DNA of 63,801 nt, filler included, from Asterionella formosa (Eukaryota): assembly GCA_002256025.1 (NCBI GenBank). It is 12 parts of 12 records of this genome, joined end to end, with 100 filler letters (N's around TTAATTAATTAA, not from the genome) between each part and the next. Parts side by side here need not be neighbours in the genome. Positions count along the whole stretch, not along the records: positions 1 to 24,055 come from NKIB01002319.1; positions 24,156 to 48,184 come from NKIB01002330.1; 10 more parts are not named here. One strand, written 5' to 3'. The position numbers and the translations under genes were made by a program. Within the stretch, counting starts at the first letter, position 1. Each line of letters begins with the position of its first letter. This document shows positions 13,100 through 24,372 of this stretch, one piece after another. Below the pieces are notes generated by a model, which was not told the origin of the DNA, ran no database searches, and saw nothing but the letters and a program-made list of their open reading frames with translations.

Positions 13100-14167
13100 T
13101 CAAGTTGCACTCCCTTCCTCTTCTTTCACCACATGAATCGTTCTCTGCTTTTGTAACTCTTCCATGACGCGTACTTGAATGGTTCGATCAGCTTGTTCTT
13201 GCATTTCCGCTAATTTGACTTGTAATTCTATCTCACACGCAGCCTTGGTGGCTTGTATCATATCAAGCGATTCCTGTAGAAACTCGTCTCGTTCTTGTTC
13301 AAGTTCTTGAATGCGTTGGTACAGATGATCCGCGGCATTATTGTCGCTGTGACTGCGGTTTTTTGAATCTTTGTTCATTATTCGAAGCAGCGGTTGTTGT
13401 GGTTGTAGTTGTAGTTTGTGGTTGCCTTCGTCTTCATCCTTGTCCTCTTCGACCAATAAATGATTCAACGCTTCCATTCGTTCCAACACACTTACTTCGG
13501 AATCATCTGTGTCTTGCAACATGAATTGAATCAGTGATTCTGCCAAATCAATGCCTGCTTGAAGGACAACTCCTGTCGATACCTCCTCGGGTTGTTGGAT
13601 GGCGCATAGCTTGTCGGGTGTCACAAGGACAAGACTTTCCTCGTTCGTGGTGTTTTTGTTGTTGAAATTCATCAGTTCCGCTATAATTTGTTTGGTTTCC
13701 TCCTCTTGCTGTTGTAACGTTTGCTCCCAATTCTTTCGATCCACGTCACGTTCATATTGTACATGATTCAATTGTTCTTGTTGTTCCTTGCAAACCCGCT
13801 TCAATTCTACCACTTGTTGTTGTAGTGGTGACACAATATGTGACATGATCTGATCATATCGTTCTTCTAATTCTTGGCATTTTTCAAGTGCCCATTGAGT
13901 CAATGGAGCTACTGCTGCTGTTGCGTGTGTCGTAGTAGTAGTACTGGTACTAGTAGTATCATCATCCAATGTCCGCGGAACTAAATCTTGCTGATGATTC
14001 TTGTTGGATTCAGTTTCAGTTTCAGTTTCGTTGACGTTGACGTTTTCATCTTCGTCTTCATCTAATAAATATTCATATTGTTTGGCGTTGACATTGCCCA
14101 TAGTGGCTTGTAACAATGACTTATGAGACGATGCCGCCGTGGATGTGGTTGCAAACGATGGTGTCAT
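13100..14167 (-). CDS. Hypothetical coiled-coil protein
   Basis: 355-aa ORF with E/Q-rich coiled-coil segments; convergent with the preceding gene. Confidence 0.7.
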   Translation of the reverse strand: MTPSFATTSTAASSHKSLLQATMGNVNAKQYEYLLDEDEDENVNVNETETETESNKNHQQDLVPRTLDDDTTSTSTTTTTHATAAVAPLTQWALEKCQELEERYDQIMSHIVSPLQQQVVELKRVCKEQQEQLNHVQYERDVDRKNWEQTLQQQEEETKQIIAELMNFNNKNTTNEESLVLVTPDKLCAIQQPEEVSTGVVLQAGIDLAESLIQFMLQDTDDSEVSVLERMEALNHLLVEEDKDEDEGNHKLQLQPQQPLLRIMNKDSKNRSHSDNNAADHLYQRIQELEQERDEFLQESLDMIQATKAACEIELQVKLAEMQEQADRTIQVRVMEELQKQRTIHVVKEEEGSAT

Positions 14168-14862
14168 TTTGGTTGTTGTTGTTGTTGTTCTCGCTATCTC
14201 TTGTCCTTGTTAAAATGTACCCTGTAGCTAGTATGCATTTATCATACCGGTAATAATCTTGTTCGTCGCAAATTGCGTGGATGAGATAAATCAGTCGATC
14301 CATTCATGAGGACATGATTTGTGCGGCTGATGATTTGATATGATTTGATCCAATTTCCTTCAAGGGATATAAAACAATGTCTTAATATACCGGTATAGAT
14401 AAAATGATAAATCATTCATGATGGTAATATATTTCTATAACTTTTATTCAGCTATGAATAATACTACATATGAATGGAAAACATACCGGTACATAGTAAG
14501 TACCTGAACTCCTTAGATTCTTCGTTATATAGTTCGTTAGAGGTATGTGTACCGCTGGAAGGTGGAATTAAATGTAGTGCATTGGACATCATGAGGATGT
14601 AGAAAAAGAAACAGCGATGCAATCATATGTTATATTTGTATATAAATATAAAATCCTTACTGTATGTATTTACGACTCGCTCATAGTCCTACATATATCA
14701 AGACGAGAATGGTTGTATACCGGTGTTTAGAGGAGGTCTTGAACAAATTTTGGCGACGCGAGGGAGCATGGCTGACAAGATGGCGACGAGGCGGAATGGG
14801 AGACAGTACGGTGTCTGGTCGCGGTATACAAAAGGATCACATTTTAGCTACCAGTACCGGTA

Positions 14863-15448
14863 ACCACCTAAAAACTGACAGTCAACGTTTCGGTAATCCT
14901 TCTTTCGACTAAAATTATCGAAGTTTCTTAAATGATAAAATTCGAACCAAGTACAAACTTTATTGTTGTAGATAGAACGGGGATAGCCATCATTTAATCA
15001 CTTTTAAATTAGAACATGAAGTTATGGAGATCTAAAGCCATTTAGTTTTGCCTATTTTGACTCATTTCGTTGACTCTCAGTACATATTATTTAATCTAAT
15101 ACATGAAGATTTTTTACCCCCAAACCGTGTTGTTTTTAACTCGATTGTTACCACAAAAACTTTTTTAATTACTTTTGTTGATCCTGTAATTAGCGGTACC
15201 TGGTACCAGGTACCAATACCAGAGTTTCAAGTGCCGATCATAACAGTACCGTAATGGTAGCATATTCGTCAAATATTTGTTCTGACCATGCATATCAATC
15301 ACGTCAAGTTCTCATCTGTCCGGTGGTCCTCCTCTTGTTTCAATTCATTTCACAGGTGATTTTTGTGATTTCATGACAAATCCTTGTATGTAGTGTTTCA
15401 TCTACCAGTAGTCACACCGAGAGGTTGCAGCTGATGTTCTCCATTTAG
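14863..15448 (+). mobile_element. Non-autonomous TIR DNA transposon copy B (left terminus plus internal part)
   Basis: Starts ACCACCTAAAAACTGACAGTCAACGTT (inverted match to 11747-11773, 1 mismatch) right after TA; 14927-15448 is a direct repeat of 10928-11443. Confidence 0.65.
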
Positions 15449-17653
15449 AGCTTAGGTATCGCATGCCACAATGCCGTAGTCAAGCATTTCCAGTTTTCCT
15501 GGTTTGTTGTAAAAGCTAAAAATTGTTTTGCTTGTTTCCCCGAGTTTTTTTGATGAGGCTTTTCAATTACACCCTATAGTGCTTCTTAAGACTAGTTCAT
15601 AGTAATCATTGGTGGTCAAAATTGATTTGATACCCCTAAAAATCAATTCACAAAACAAAGCTAGTGATTTTCAAACGAACATGGTGGTCCCTTCCAATAC
15701 CACTACAAATCTAAAAACAACTTTTAAAGGCAACAGGCCTGTCTATTTGGATTCATTGGAGACTATGTACAACTGTTACAGTAAATGGTTGAGTTTGTCT
15801 ATACAAAAATAGGGACAGTATAGTGGAACCAGAATTTACTAGTTTCATCACATTTTTCATGTATAATAGTGTGATAATAATATTCACTAGTAAAGCAAAG
15901 CTGTAATATTTCTAGTTGAAAATCAATCAAACAATCAAATTACCATTGAAGCTACAATGTAAAGGAGTTGTATGATGCTAACAATGTAATTCTTAATGAA
16001 ATTGTAGTTGTGATTATCATTATGATGCCTTGTGTTCTTGGTTCTTGGCAGTGCAATCTTCTGGTGTGCTTGAAAGAGAAGTCGTAGATTAACCTGAAAG
16101 GAGTTCGACTTATTGAAAAATAGTATATATATCTAGATATATATACTCAGCAACATAGGTGCTAGGCAGTGGATCGAAGGATCACGGTGAATTTAGGAGA
16201 ATGTTGTAGGATAGATCTGACTCTTTTGGTATTTCCAAATAAAGTGAGCTTATAGAATTAACTTTTAGCAAACCAAAAATAATAAAATAAGTCATATATG
16301 AGTAAATGGACTCATATTCATGACAAGACTCAAAGATTGATTCATATATGAGTAAAGATTGATTCATGTTCATGATTAGACCCAAAAAGGTCATGATCAG
16401 GCTAATTTGGAGACACAAACAAGATTCATTTGACTTGTCTGTTTCAACTGCTGGTGCCATTGTGCTTGTTGGTTGTTGTGGGCTGTTGTGTGTTTTGAAA
16501 GCAGTCTTGTTCTTGATTTTGTAGATTTCATTGCTGTTGCGGCATTCATAATGCCTTGTGTTGATTCTTGGCAGTGAGATCTTCCAGTATCATTTTCACT
16601 TTGTTGCTTGCGTGCTTGTTGCTTGTTGTGGGAGCAAAGTGCTAGAACATGCACTTGAATGAAAAAGGAGAGTCAATGATCTCTAGAGTAAAATTACAAA
16701 GTAGTGATAACAAGTCGATTAAACTGAAATTATGATGAAAAAACTAAGTTGAGAGAAAAGAGTAATGGGGGTGTAAAGGAGTCAGAAAAGGTAGAAAGAG
16801 AGTAGAGTAGTACTTGCGACTTGAATTGGGAGAGTAGAGTCTACACCACAACAGGAATGCAGTTGCCGGAGCTCGCCAAATCCATCGTCGTAGAACGAGA
16901 TCGCGACCTAAATGAACCAGGTTAAGTTTTACTGCGAGGTTTATGAATCCCTACGTATTTCCAGAACAAGTGGAAAATAAACACTTTTGTATCATAGGTA
17001 GACCTCGTCGTTCTTGGTCGTTTGTGCCTAACGGTACCTGGTTCTGTAGCTATCCTCTAGATGGAGCCTGTACATCTTTTATTAGGGATATGGGACATCC
17101 ATGATTCCTACATAGTATTGTACACACGAAAAAATCCACCGTGAATTACGAGGTCCGAATGACACACGATTGACAAAAATGAAGGACTGCTATACCGGTA
17201 CTATAGAAAAATCATTATGAAAAAAGCGGTCGACAACTGTACTCTTTATATGCACCAGTACCGGTAGTCTTTATTCATTACCAGAGTCAGTCTACCGGTA
17301 TTCAATTGGTAAACTGTACCGGTATGCGAATATCTTTTATGTACAGTATTAATAAACCGTAATATAATTATTACATTGAGTTGTTTCTGTTTCGCTTGTG
17401 GTTGTTTTATTGGATAAATAGCCGATGTATCCCAGTACTACATATACCGGTATATACGGTATTCCTCATTGTAAAATTATTCTCATTCTGCTTTTGATTG
17501 TGACAAATACGACACACAAACCTGGATTCGATGCCACTCCAAACGCATCAACATCCTCTCCTGTGGAATTGAAGATTCGACCTTTAGCCTTGTGACCCAG
17601 AACTAGTAGCACACCTTGTTTAGATCCCGACAGCCCGAATAAAAGCCATTGCA

Positions 17654-19522
17654 ATGAAGAAACCTTTGCAAATCACGTTGTGTTGGTTTTTCGCTGGCGC
17701 CGTCGTCACAACTGTTGCCAAACTGACATCGTTTCATTTGTACACACCACAGCAGGACAAACCACAAAATTGTGAGCTCGATGCTCCTGAAGAAAATGGA
17801 GCTGTGAGGAAGGAAAGGATTTTTTCAATTAACAATCAGGCGCAGCAACTCCGAATTGTGGCGAAGAACAACACCATGAATGTGACTATGAATGCTGAAA
17901 TGAAGCATAGAACAAAGGACACGACACTCCCTAAAACTAAAGGTAATGAGGATGTTGCAAAGAAGGAAAATGGTGCAAAGAAGGAAAATGGGCCAAACAT
18001 AACGAAACATTCTGGGAAAGATGGTTCTTCTAAAATCAAAGGGGCGCGAGAGGAAACAAAAATGAAAGAATTGTTGAAAATGGAAAAACAAGCGAAGAAA
18101 GACGCTCCTCCTCCTCGGATTGAAGCGATGAATGAGAATGAACGGAAGAAGCTCCTTCGTTGGAACGATTCGACTCCTATAATCCAAGGCTGGGAGGGGA
18201 CAATCAAAAAAGACGGACCGAAAATGGCGAAACATACTAAGAAGGACGCTGCTGCTCTTGGAGTGGGGGAGAATAATAAAGTCAAGAAACTCGGTCTGGA
18301 TGGGGTGATCCATAATTGGAACTTATCGAATCCTAAAATCAAAGGGTTGGAGGAGGCAACGAACAAGAAAGACGATTCCAAACTGGCAAAACAAACTAAG
18401 AAACGCGTTTTTTCTCCTACTGACAGGGTTGACGAGTCTGTGGAGACTACAAACAAGAACCGTATGCGAGAAGTGGCGATCCAACCTTGGGAAAATGCGA
18501 CTAATTCGAGTAAGGGGCTGGAGGATACAGTAAATAAGCAACGCTTTGACGCCATAGAAAATACAACTTGGATGAAAAAAACTGCGGTGACGAGAAGGAA
18601 GTTGCCACTTCAACGTCCTGCTATTGTTTATTTGGGAAATGAGGCTCATTTCGGCGAGAGGGGAAGGGATAGCTGTCTCAGTGTAATTGAATCGCTCAAG
18701 TCGCTGTCTCGTCACTTTCCCCTTGCCACTGCCAACAGTACAATCCAGAACCCAATTGTTATTTTCCTTCATGACGACGAACTAAATACATCGACTAAGA
18801 GTGCACTAATGAAGGCTTCGCCGTTTCCTGCATACTTCCATTCTGTTGTCCTGGACCAACCACGCGACAAAAAATGGGCCTCGGTGCGGGAAATCGACTA
18901 CAAAAGGATGTGTGCCTTTTGGTTCCACGACTTTTTCGAGCTTAATTTTCTACCAGATTATGTCATGCGCATGGACACAGATTCTTGCATTGCCTCTGAC
19001 ATGGTTGTAAATCCTTTCCAGTACATGTACGACAATAATATGACATACATGTACCATTCCTACATCATTGAACCAGCAGATGTAATTGAAGGACTCAAGG
19101 ATTTTGCAGTGAAGAATCCTGGCATCACAGAAGGCAATCCTACAGATTTGTGGCGATTTGGAGATGGGCAAGAAGATTTAATGGAGGTTGCAAGTACTAA
19201 CCTAGAATGGTTCCATATGCCCTCTTTCAAGAAGCAAAAGCAATTGCAATGGAAGGCCAAAGTCCTAGAAAACGGTGGCATATTTCGGCATCGATGGGGG
19301 GATGCTCCACTTCGGACTCTTCTGGTCAGCATGTTTTTTGATCGTCACGAGGTGACTCGGTTTTGTCCATTTGAATATAATCACTCGGATTGGATGACGG
19401 AGCCTGCCTGTACCGGAACAGTCGATCAAACGGTCATCTCGTATGGTTGGAACATTGTGCATAGGGATGAGGAAACAGGATTGCCAGTGTTGCCCTTGGT
19501 TTCTGTGAAGACCTCGCTTTAG
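17654..19522 (+). CDS. Glycosyltransferase family 15 (KRE2/MNT1-like alpha-1,2-mannosyltransferase), type II membrane protein
   Basis: N-terminal hydrophobic anchor, long Lys-rich stem, GT15 motifs YKRMCAFW, YVMRMDTDS and GGIFRHRWGDAPLRTL. Confidence 0.85.
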   Translation: MKKPLQITLCWFFAGAVVTTVAKLTSFHLYTPQQDKPQNCELDAPEENGAVRKERIFSINNQAQQLRIVAKNNTMNVTMNAEMKHRTKDTTLPKTKGNEDVAKKENGAKKENGPNITKHSGKDGSSKIKGAREETKMKELLKMEKQAKKDAPPPRIEAMNENERKKLLRWNDSTPIIQGWEGTIKKDGPKMAKHTKKDAAALGVGENNKVKKLGLDGVIHNWNLSNPKIKGLEEATNKKDDSKLAKQTKKRVFSPTDRVDESVETTNKNRMREVAIQPWENATNSSKGLEDTVNKQRFDAIENTTWMKKTAVTRRKLPLQRPAIVYLGNEAHFGERGRDSCLSVIESLKSLSRHFPLATANSTIQNPIVIFLHDDELNTSTKSALMKASPFPAYFHSVVLDQPRDKKWASVREIDYKRMCAFWFHDFFELNFLPDYVMRMDTDSCIASDMVVNPFQYMYDNNMTYMYHSYIIEPADVIEGLKDFAVKNPGITEGNPTDLWRFGDGQEDLMEVASTNLEWFHMPSFKKQKQLQWKAKVLENGGIFRHRWGDAPLRTLLVSMFFDRHEVTRFCPFEYNHSDWMTEPACTGTVDQTVISYGWNIVHRDEETGLPVLPLVSVKTSL

Positions 19523-20029
19523 TTGGTTGCCATTATTTATTCCTTTCCGATAGACGACAGAAACCCTAAAGAACAAAATTGTGTTTGGTAATAAAATGTG
19601 GAACAGGCAGGTAAGATGACACTGATACATCAAGGCCCATTTATTATATATACCGTATTCTGATACATATAATAGCGATACACAAATTTTTGTCCGCGAT
19701 CAGTAGTATCTTTTACGGAATATTGAATGCTACCGGTATATTAAACTTATTAAAACTTCGTGTATTCCGGTATACTGGTATACTATTCAACCCAATGTAT
19801 TCTATTATTACCTATGATGATGGACCGGCGGCGGAGGTATTGACAGAGTCGAATGCCGTACTCTGAGTACCGGTACCTGGTACAAGGTACCAGGTACTGG
19901 TACCGGAATGATGGCTCGGAAGGCATGAAAGAAGCCGCGAGCTCCCCATCAACACTACATTATCCAGGTACATAGGAACTGTTGTGCCTCTAAGATAGCT
20001 ACTTCCTGGACAGTACCTGGTACCAACAA

Positions 20030-20077
20030 ATGTGAATTACACGACACACATGTGAATTACACGACACACATGTGAAT
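20030..20077 (+). repeat. 20-bp tandem repeat x2.4 (ATGTGAATTACACGACACAC)
   Basis: Exact copies at 20030 and 20050, partial copy at 20070. Confidence 0.9.
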
Positions 20078-20367
20078 ATATTCATATATGTTTGATTGCA
20101 TATGATATACACATCTATGCCGGTATACATACGTGACATTCATACATAAAATCCAGTAGGATCGATGATGTTTTTGCTTGCTGGTTTTCTGACACGTTTC
20201 ACATCACCAATTCTCCTTGCTGTACCCGTTGCTTATTGCCCCCATCCTACTGATGATCACTTCATGAGTTTGTACAAGTATCTTCAACAGCTGAAGCTAG
20301 CTGCTGTGACCATCAGTGAAACAACTTCCACCAAGTGAGCGAATCGAAAACCAGTTCAGAACTATTA

Positions 20368-23300
20368 ATGTGGTCATGGAGCTCCTCACGGTCATTTCGT
20401 TTGTATGGAAGAGTGCGAGCTGACAGCAGCGACAGCAATGGAAGCAGGAACGGAAACGGAAGCAGGAACGGAAACGGAAACGGAAACAACAGACGGGTGC
20501 TTGCGGTCGCCGCCGTGCTGGCATTGTTCTGCAGCAGCGCGACAACTGTGGTCAGCGCTGAACTCTTCGCTGCTCCACCTTCCACGTATGCGCTCTCGAC
20601 TGTCCCTTCCGCTCTCTTCGTTTGCGCCGAGGTCAACGGCACTGTGTACACACTGGACGCTTGGACGGGGGCCGTCACACGCAGGTTTCCCACCGGCCGG
20701 CCCCTCGTCTCTTCTAGCTCGCGACACGTCGTTCCGGGCCTCGATGGCCGCATTTACTTTTACGACGAGAACCAGAGCGTGTTGGAGGCCCTGCTGATCG
20801 ACGAGCTCATGCACCGCCCAGTGCAAACATGCGTCGCAAACCAATGCGGCATTTTGACCGCCACCAAAGTTACGACCCTCTTTGGAATACAAGCCTGGTC
20901 GGGACAGGTGGTCTGGTCGTCGCGGGCAGAGACCAGCGATGAGGAAGACGACTGTCTGCTGAAGCAGCATGTCGTGCTGCAGCGAGAAGACTTCCTAGTA
21001 CAGCACATTTCGACAGCGACTGGGAAAGAGCTATGGAACATCACATTTGGACACTTCTCGGCCTTGAATTTCGATGAACCATCGACAACTGGATTGTTGA
21101 AGTATGATAACAGGCAGGCGTTCAAAGAAACTATGCCACTACTGCAAAGCGGCGATGCTCCAGAAATGCCGGATATTATCCTTGATGAATTCGGTCAAAC
21201 TGTGACAGTGGTACACCAGAATAATGTCTTGTGGAAGCGACAATTTCCTTTCGTAATTGCGTCGTTGTATGGTATCGGAGATGGACGTTGGGTTCCACTT
21301 ACTGTTTTAGACGATTTCACAACTGACAAAAACGACGTCCAAGTCGCCAGTGCATTACCGATGCTAACAGGTGCCTCATTAGATGGTCAAAACGATGTTT
21401 TTCATGATCTTTTATGGCAGCAACAGCCTCAGTATGCATCCGTATACGGTGGAGTCGTTCTGTATCGACCCACCAACATTCGACCCATGTGCGAAGAAAA
21501 TGGGGTCTGCATCGAGGCTAAGATTTCCGCCTCACCTCCCAAGTACATTGTATCACCGCAACCACCACGCGAGCCTGGCTTCACCCCAATTGCTCCACCC
21601 ACGCTGACACAAGGAGGTTTGTTTATCACGTGGTCAATGATGTGCATCATGGCTATCATTTTGGTCGTGATTGTGTATGGTTTAATACTCTGGTATGAAC
21701 AAAAGAAGAAAAGGTGGATCATGACGCCATCGCTCACTCCAACAGCTCCCACTAGCAGCGATATCATTTCACCATTGTTACTTGAAAACACATCGTTAAA
21801 CCAAAATAAAACAATTAAGCGGAGTATTTCCATGCCAGTATTGAATGACGGATCTGGATCAGGTGGACATTCCAGTCATTTCCAATCATCTTTGCAACAG
21901 TCGGACTTGACAACTCATAACGAAGAGACGACGTCTCGCGATCTTCCGATACGGAAACAGCAGCAGTCACAACATCAACCGCATCACAGCAACATTGACG
22001 GGATTCCGCTGGTGCGTTATAGTAGGTACAAGTCAGAATTCAAAGAAATTGCTGCATTGGGCCGTGGCGGCTTTGGAACTGTATTTTCATGTGAAAACGT
22101 ACTGGATGGAAGAGCTTATGCAATTAAGAAAATTTTGATTAAAAACTATGATGATCCACAAGTAACCAAGGAGCAGCTACAGCGAGTGCTGCGGGAAGTC
22201 AAAATTTTGGCACTCTTGGACCATCCAAATATCGTCCGGTATTACACAACGTGGTTGGAATTGGAGGACTTGGCAGGAACAGAGGAGCATGCGCCGGAAG
22301 AGTCATGTAGGACGGACTCAAAATTACTGACGAGATGCTATTCAAGCGAGTTTTTAACCAGTGGTGTCCTGGGACAGCAAAGGCCTAGTCATATGGGCAA
22401 GCCGAAGAAATCCATAATGGCCAATCCATTGGGATGGAACAATTTTTTGAGCGAATATTCAAACGCTTCCTTTCAGAGGAATACTATCCATGGATCATTA
22501 AACTCAATTGATGGGTTTACTTTTGAACGAAGTGAATCAAACATGTCGTTGAAGCGAAATCATTCGAGCTTGTCGTCAACAGGTGGTATTTTGAGAACGA
22601 TTCATGATTCGATTCATAATAATGACAACTCTCAAGAATCCTTTTCTTTTACAGGAGAAGAGACTTCAACAAAGGAAAACACAACGACGATTCTGAACGA
22701 AGAATTAACTCCGAAAAAATCCAATCAACAGTTGCGACATACTCTGTACATACAAATGCAACTTTGCAGTCAAAAGTCCTTGCACGATTTTTTGGCCAAT
22801 CCTACTGCTCGTCGTCGGAATGAACTAGACGAAAATGCCATTGACCTGCCTTTTGCTCTCAGTCTCTTCAGCCAAGTCGCCCAAGGCGTCGATCACGTGC
22901 ATAAGCAAGGATTGATTCATCGTGACTTGAAGCCTTCAAACTGCTTCATGGATGATCTTGGTGTTGTTAAGGTAGGAGACTTTGGATTGAGTCGAGAGTC
23001 GACGGCAGCTCCAGATCAACTTATGGAACACTCTGGACACGGCCTTGGTGGTGACGAGGACAATACTGCTGGAGTAGGCACTCGATCCTACGCCAGTCCT
23101 GAACAAATGAATGGATCTGACTATGACGCCAGTACCGACGTCTATTCATTGGGAATTTTGTTATTTGAACTCTGCTATCCCATGTACACAGGCATGGAAC
23201 GAATGATTGTATTTTCAAGAATCCGTAACCGGGACTTTCCCGAAACTTGGAGATCTACCGTTGCCAACATTTTCCCTGACTTGCAAATCATGTTAGAGGC

Positions 23301-23679
23301 CATGCTTTCACCCAAGCCATCAGATCGCCCATCGGCGGAAACAGTTGCCTCTCACATGAAATCCTTCATGAGCGAGTTTACTGTGCAGTCGATTGACAAA
23401 TATCACTCGGACCGCGGGGCTACCTTGCTCCGAGTCGAGGCTGCCTCAAACGATGAAGGCATTTTGAATCGCACCATCAAACTCATCAAAGACGTGGCAC
23501 CGCTTGTCAAAATTGAGCAGTATGGCCTTCGTGGTGGAGAAGGTTCGGCTATTATGGAGTTTGCCCTGTCGACCAATGACGATAAAGAATCGCTCCGTGC
23601 TATTTTGAGTACGATGCGGGCAACCAAGGAAATTAAGTTGGTTCGTCAAGTTTCTCACAGCTTGCATCAAGTAAAATGA
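20368..23679 (+). CDS. PERK-like transmembrane eIF2alpha kinase (IRE1/PERK-type lumenal domain, TM helix, kinase with long insert, C-terminal ACT-like domain)
   Basis: Signal-like VLAVAAVLALFCSSA; lumenal motifs NGTVYTLDAWTG and VVPGLDGRIY; TM MMCIMAIILVVIVYGLILW; eIF2alpha-kinase signatures SRYKSEFKEIAALGRGGFG, YAIKKI, HPNIVRYYTTW, LYIQMQLC, IHRDLKPSN, DFGLS, TAGVGTRSYASPEQ; first in-frame ATG at 20368. Confidence 0.9.
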   Translation: MWSWSSSRSFRLYGRVRADSSDSNGSRNGNGSRNGNGNGNNRRVLAVAAVLALFCSSATTVVSAELFAAPPSTYALSTVPSALFVCAEVNGTVYTLDAWTGAVTRRFPTGRPLVSSSSRHVVPGLDGRIYFYDENQSVLEALLIDELMHRPVQTCVANQCGILTATKVTTLFGIQAWSGQVVWSSRAETSDEEDDCLLKQHVVLQREDFLVQHISTATGKELWNITFGHFSALNFDEPSTTGLLKYDNRQAFKETMPLLQSGDAPEMPDIILDEFGQTVTVVHQNNVLWKRQFPFVIASLYGIGDGRWVPLTVLDDFTTDKNDVQVASALPMLTGASLDGQNDVFHDLLWQQQPQYASVYGGVVLYRPTNIRPMCEENGVCIEAKISASPPKYIVSPQPPREPGFTPIAPPTLTQGGLFITWSMMCIMAIILVVIVYGLILWYEQKKKRWIMTPSLTPTAPTSSDIISPLLLENTSLNQNKTIKRSISMPVLNDGSGSGGHSSHFQSSLQQSDLTTHNEETTSRDLPIRKQQQSQHQPHHSNIDGIPLVRYSRYKSEFKEIAALGRGGFGTVFSCENVLDGRAYAIKKILIKNYDDPQVTKEQLQRVLREVKILALLDHPNIVRYYTTWLELEDLAGTEEHAPEESCRTDSKLLTRCYSSEFLTSGVLGQQRPSHMGKPKKSIMANPLGWNNFLSEYSNASFQRNTIHGSLNSIDGFTFERSESNMSLKRNHSSLSSTGGILRTIHDSIHNNDNSQESFSFTGEETSTKENTTTILNEELTPKKSNQQLRHTLYIQMQLCSQKSLHDFLANPTARRRNELDENAIDLPFALSLFSQVAQGVDHVHKQGLIHRDLKPSNCFMDDLGVVKVGDFGLSRESTAAPDQLMEHSGHGLGGDEDNTAGVGTRSYASPEQMNGSDYDASTDVYSLGILLFELCYPMYTGMERMIVFSRIRNRDFPETWRSTVANIFPDLQIMLEAMLSPKPSDRPSAETVASHMKSFMSEFTVQSIDKYHSDRGATLLRVEAASNDEGILNRTIKLIKDVAPLVKIEQYGLRGGEGSAIMEFALSTNDDKESLRAILSTMRATKEIKLVRQVSHSLHQVK

Positions 23680-24055
23680 GTTCCTTTACTCTGTAGCAAT
23701 ATGACTAGATCTAGAAACCTGCTAGCTATTTGAGGCGTTGCCCAAGCAATGAGTTCACTACAACTAATCTTCCATAGAATAGCAACGATTATGTTTTCAC
23801 AGTATTAGAGTGTCATACCCTGCAATGTAAACTATTGTCTAAGTATTACTTACTAAAGATTTTGTTTTATGTTCACATTTGTTTCAGAACGAAGTAAAAT
23901 AGCAATTAGGCCCTTCGGTAAGTCGTGTGCCTTAGTATTCATAGTCATCATGTCGGCTACCTCAAGGGCCGATATTGCCAAAAAGTAAATCTCTCTGTGT
24001 GTAACCTAGTAAGCATTCAGGTATTATCCTGTGAGTGAACCAAATATGTATTGCA

Positions 24056-24155
24056 NNNNNNNNNNNNNNNNNNNNNNNNNNNNNNNNNNNNNNNNNNNNT
24101 TAATTAATTAANNNNNNNNNNNNNNNNNNNNNNNNNNNNNNNNNNNNNNNNNNNN
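24056..24155. other. Artificial contig spacer N44-TTAATTAATTAA-N44; also at 48185, 49747, 51315, 52877, 54438, 55999, 57560, 59121, 60682 and 62242
   Basis: Identical 100-bp blocks with a palindromic all-frame stop linker; contigs after 48285 are all ~1.46 kb, consistent with a size-sorted concatenation. Confidence 0.97.
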
Positions 24156-24372
24156 TACATACACTGAATAAAAACTGATTCCTTAATACCGGTAGTATGG
24201 CAATAGAGCATTGTCTAACATAAGCTTTTTACTTGCGTCAAGTTTTGATCGTTCAATTACATAAATATTTTTAGTCGAAAGATATAGTAAAATAACGGTG
24301 GCTTTCAGTTTTTAAGTGGTACCTCGGTACCGTACGAAGTGAAACAGCCAAGCACGAGAGCACATCCAAACC

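Noticed and set aside
17825..18772. Antisense ORFs over the GT15 stem, and similar ones over the kinase, RPE and RAP genes
   Set aside because: Shadow ORFs of well-supported genes with no recognisable motifs
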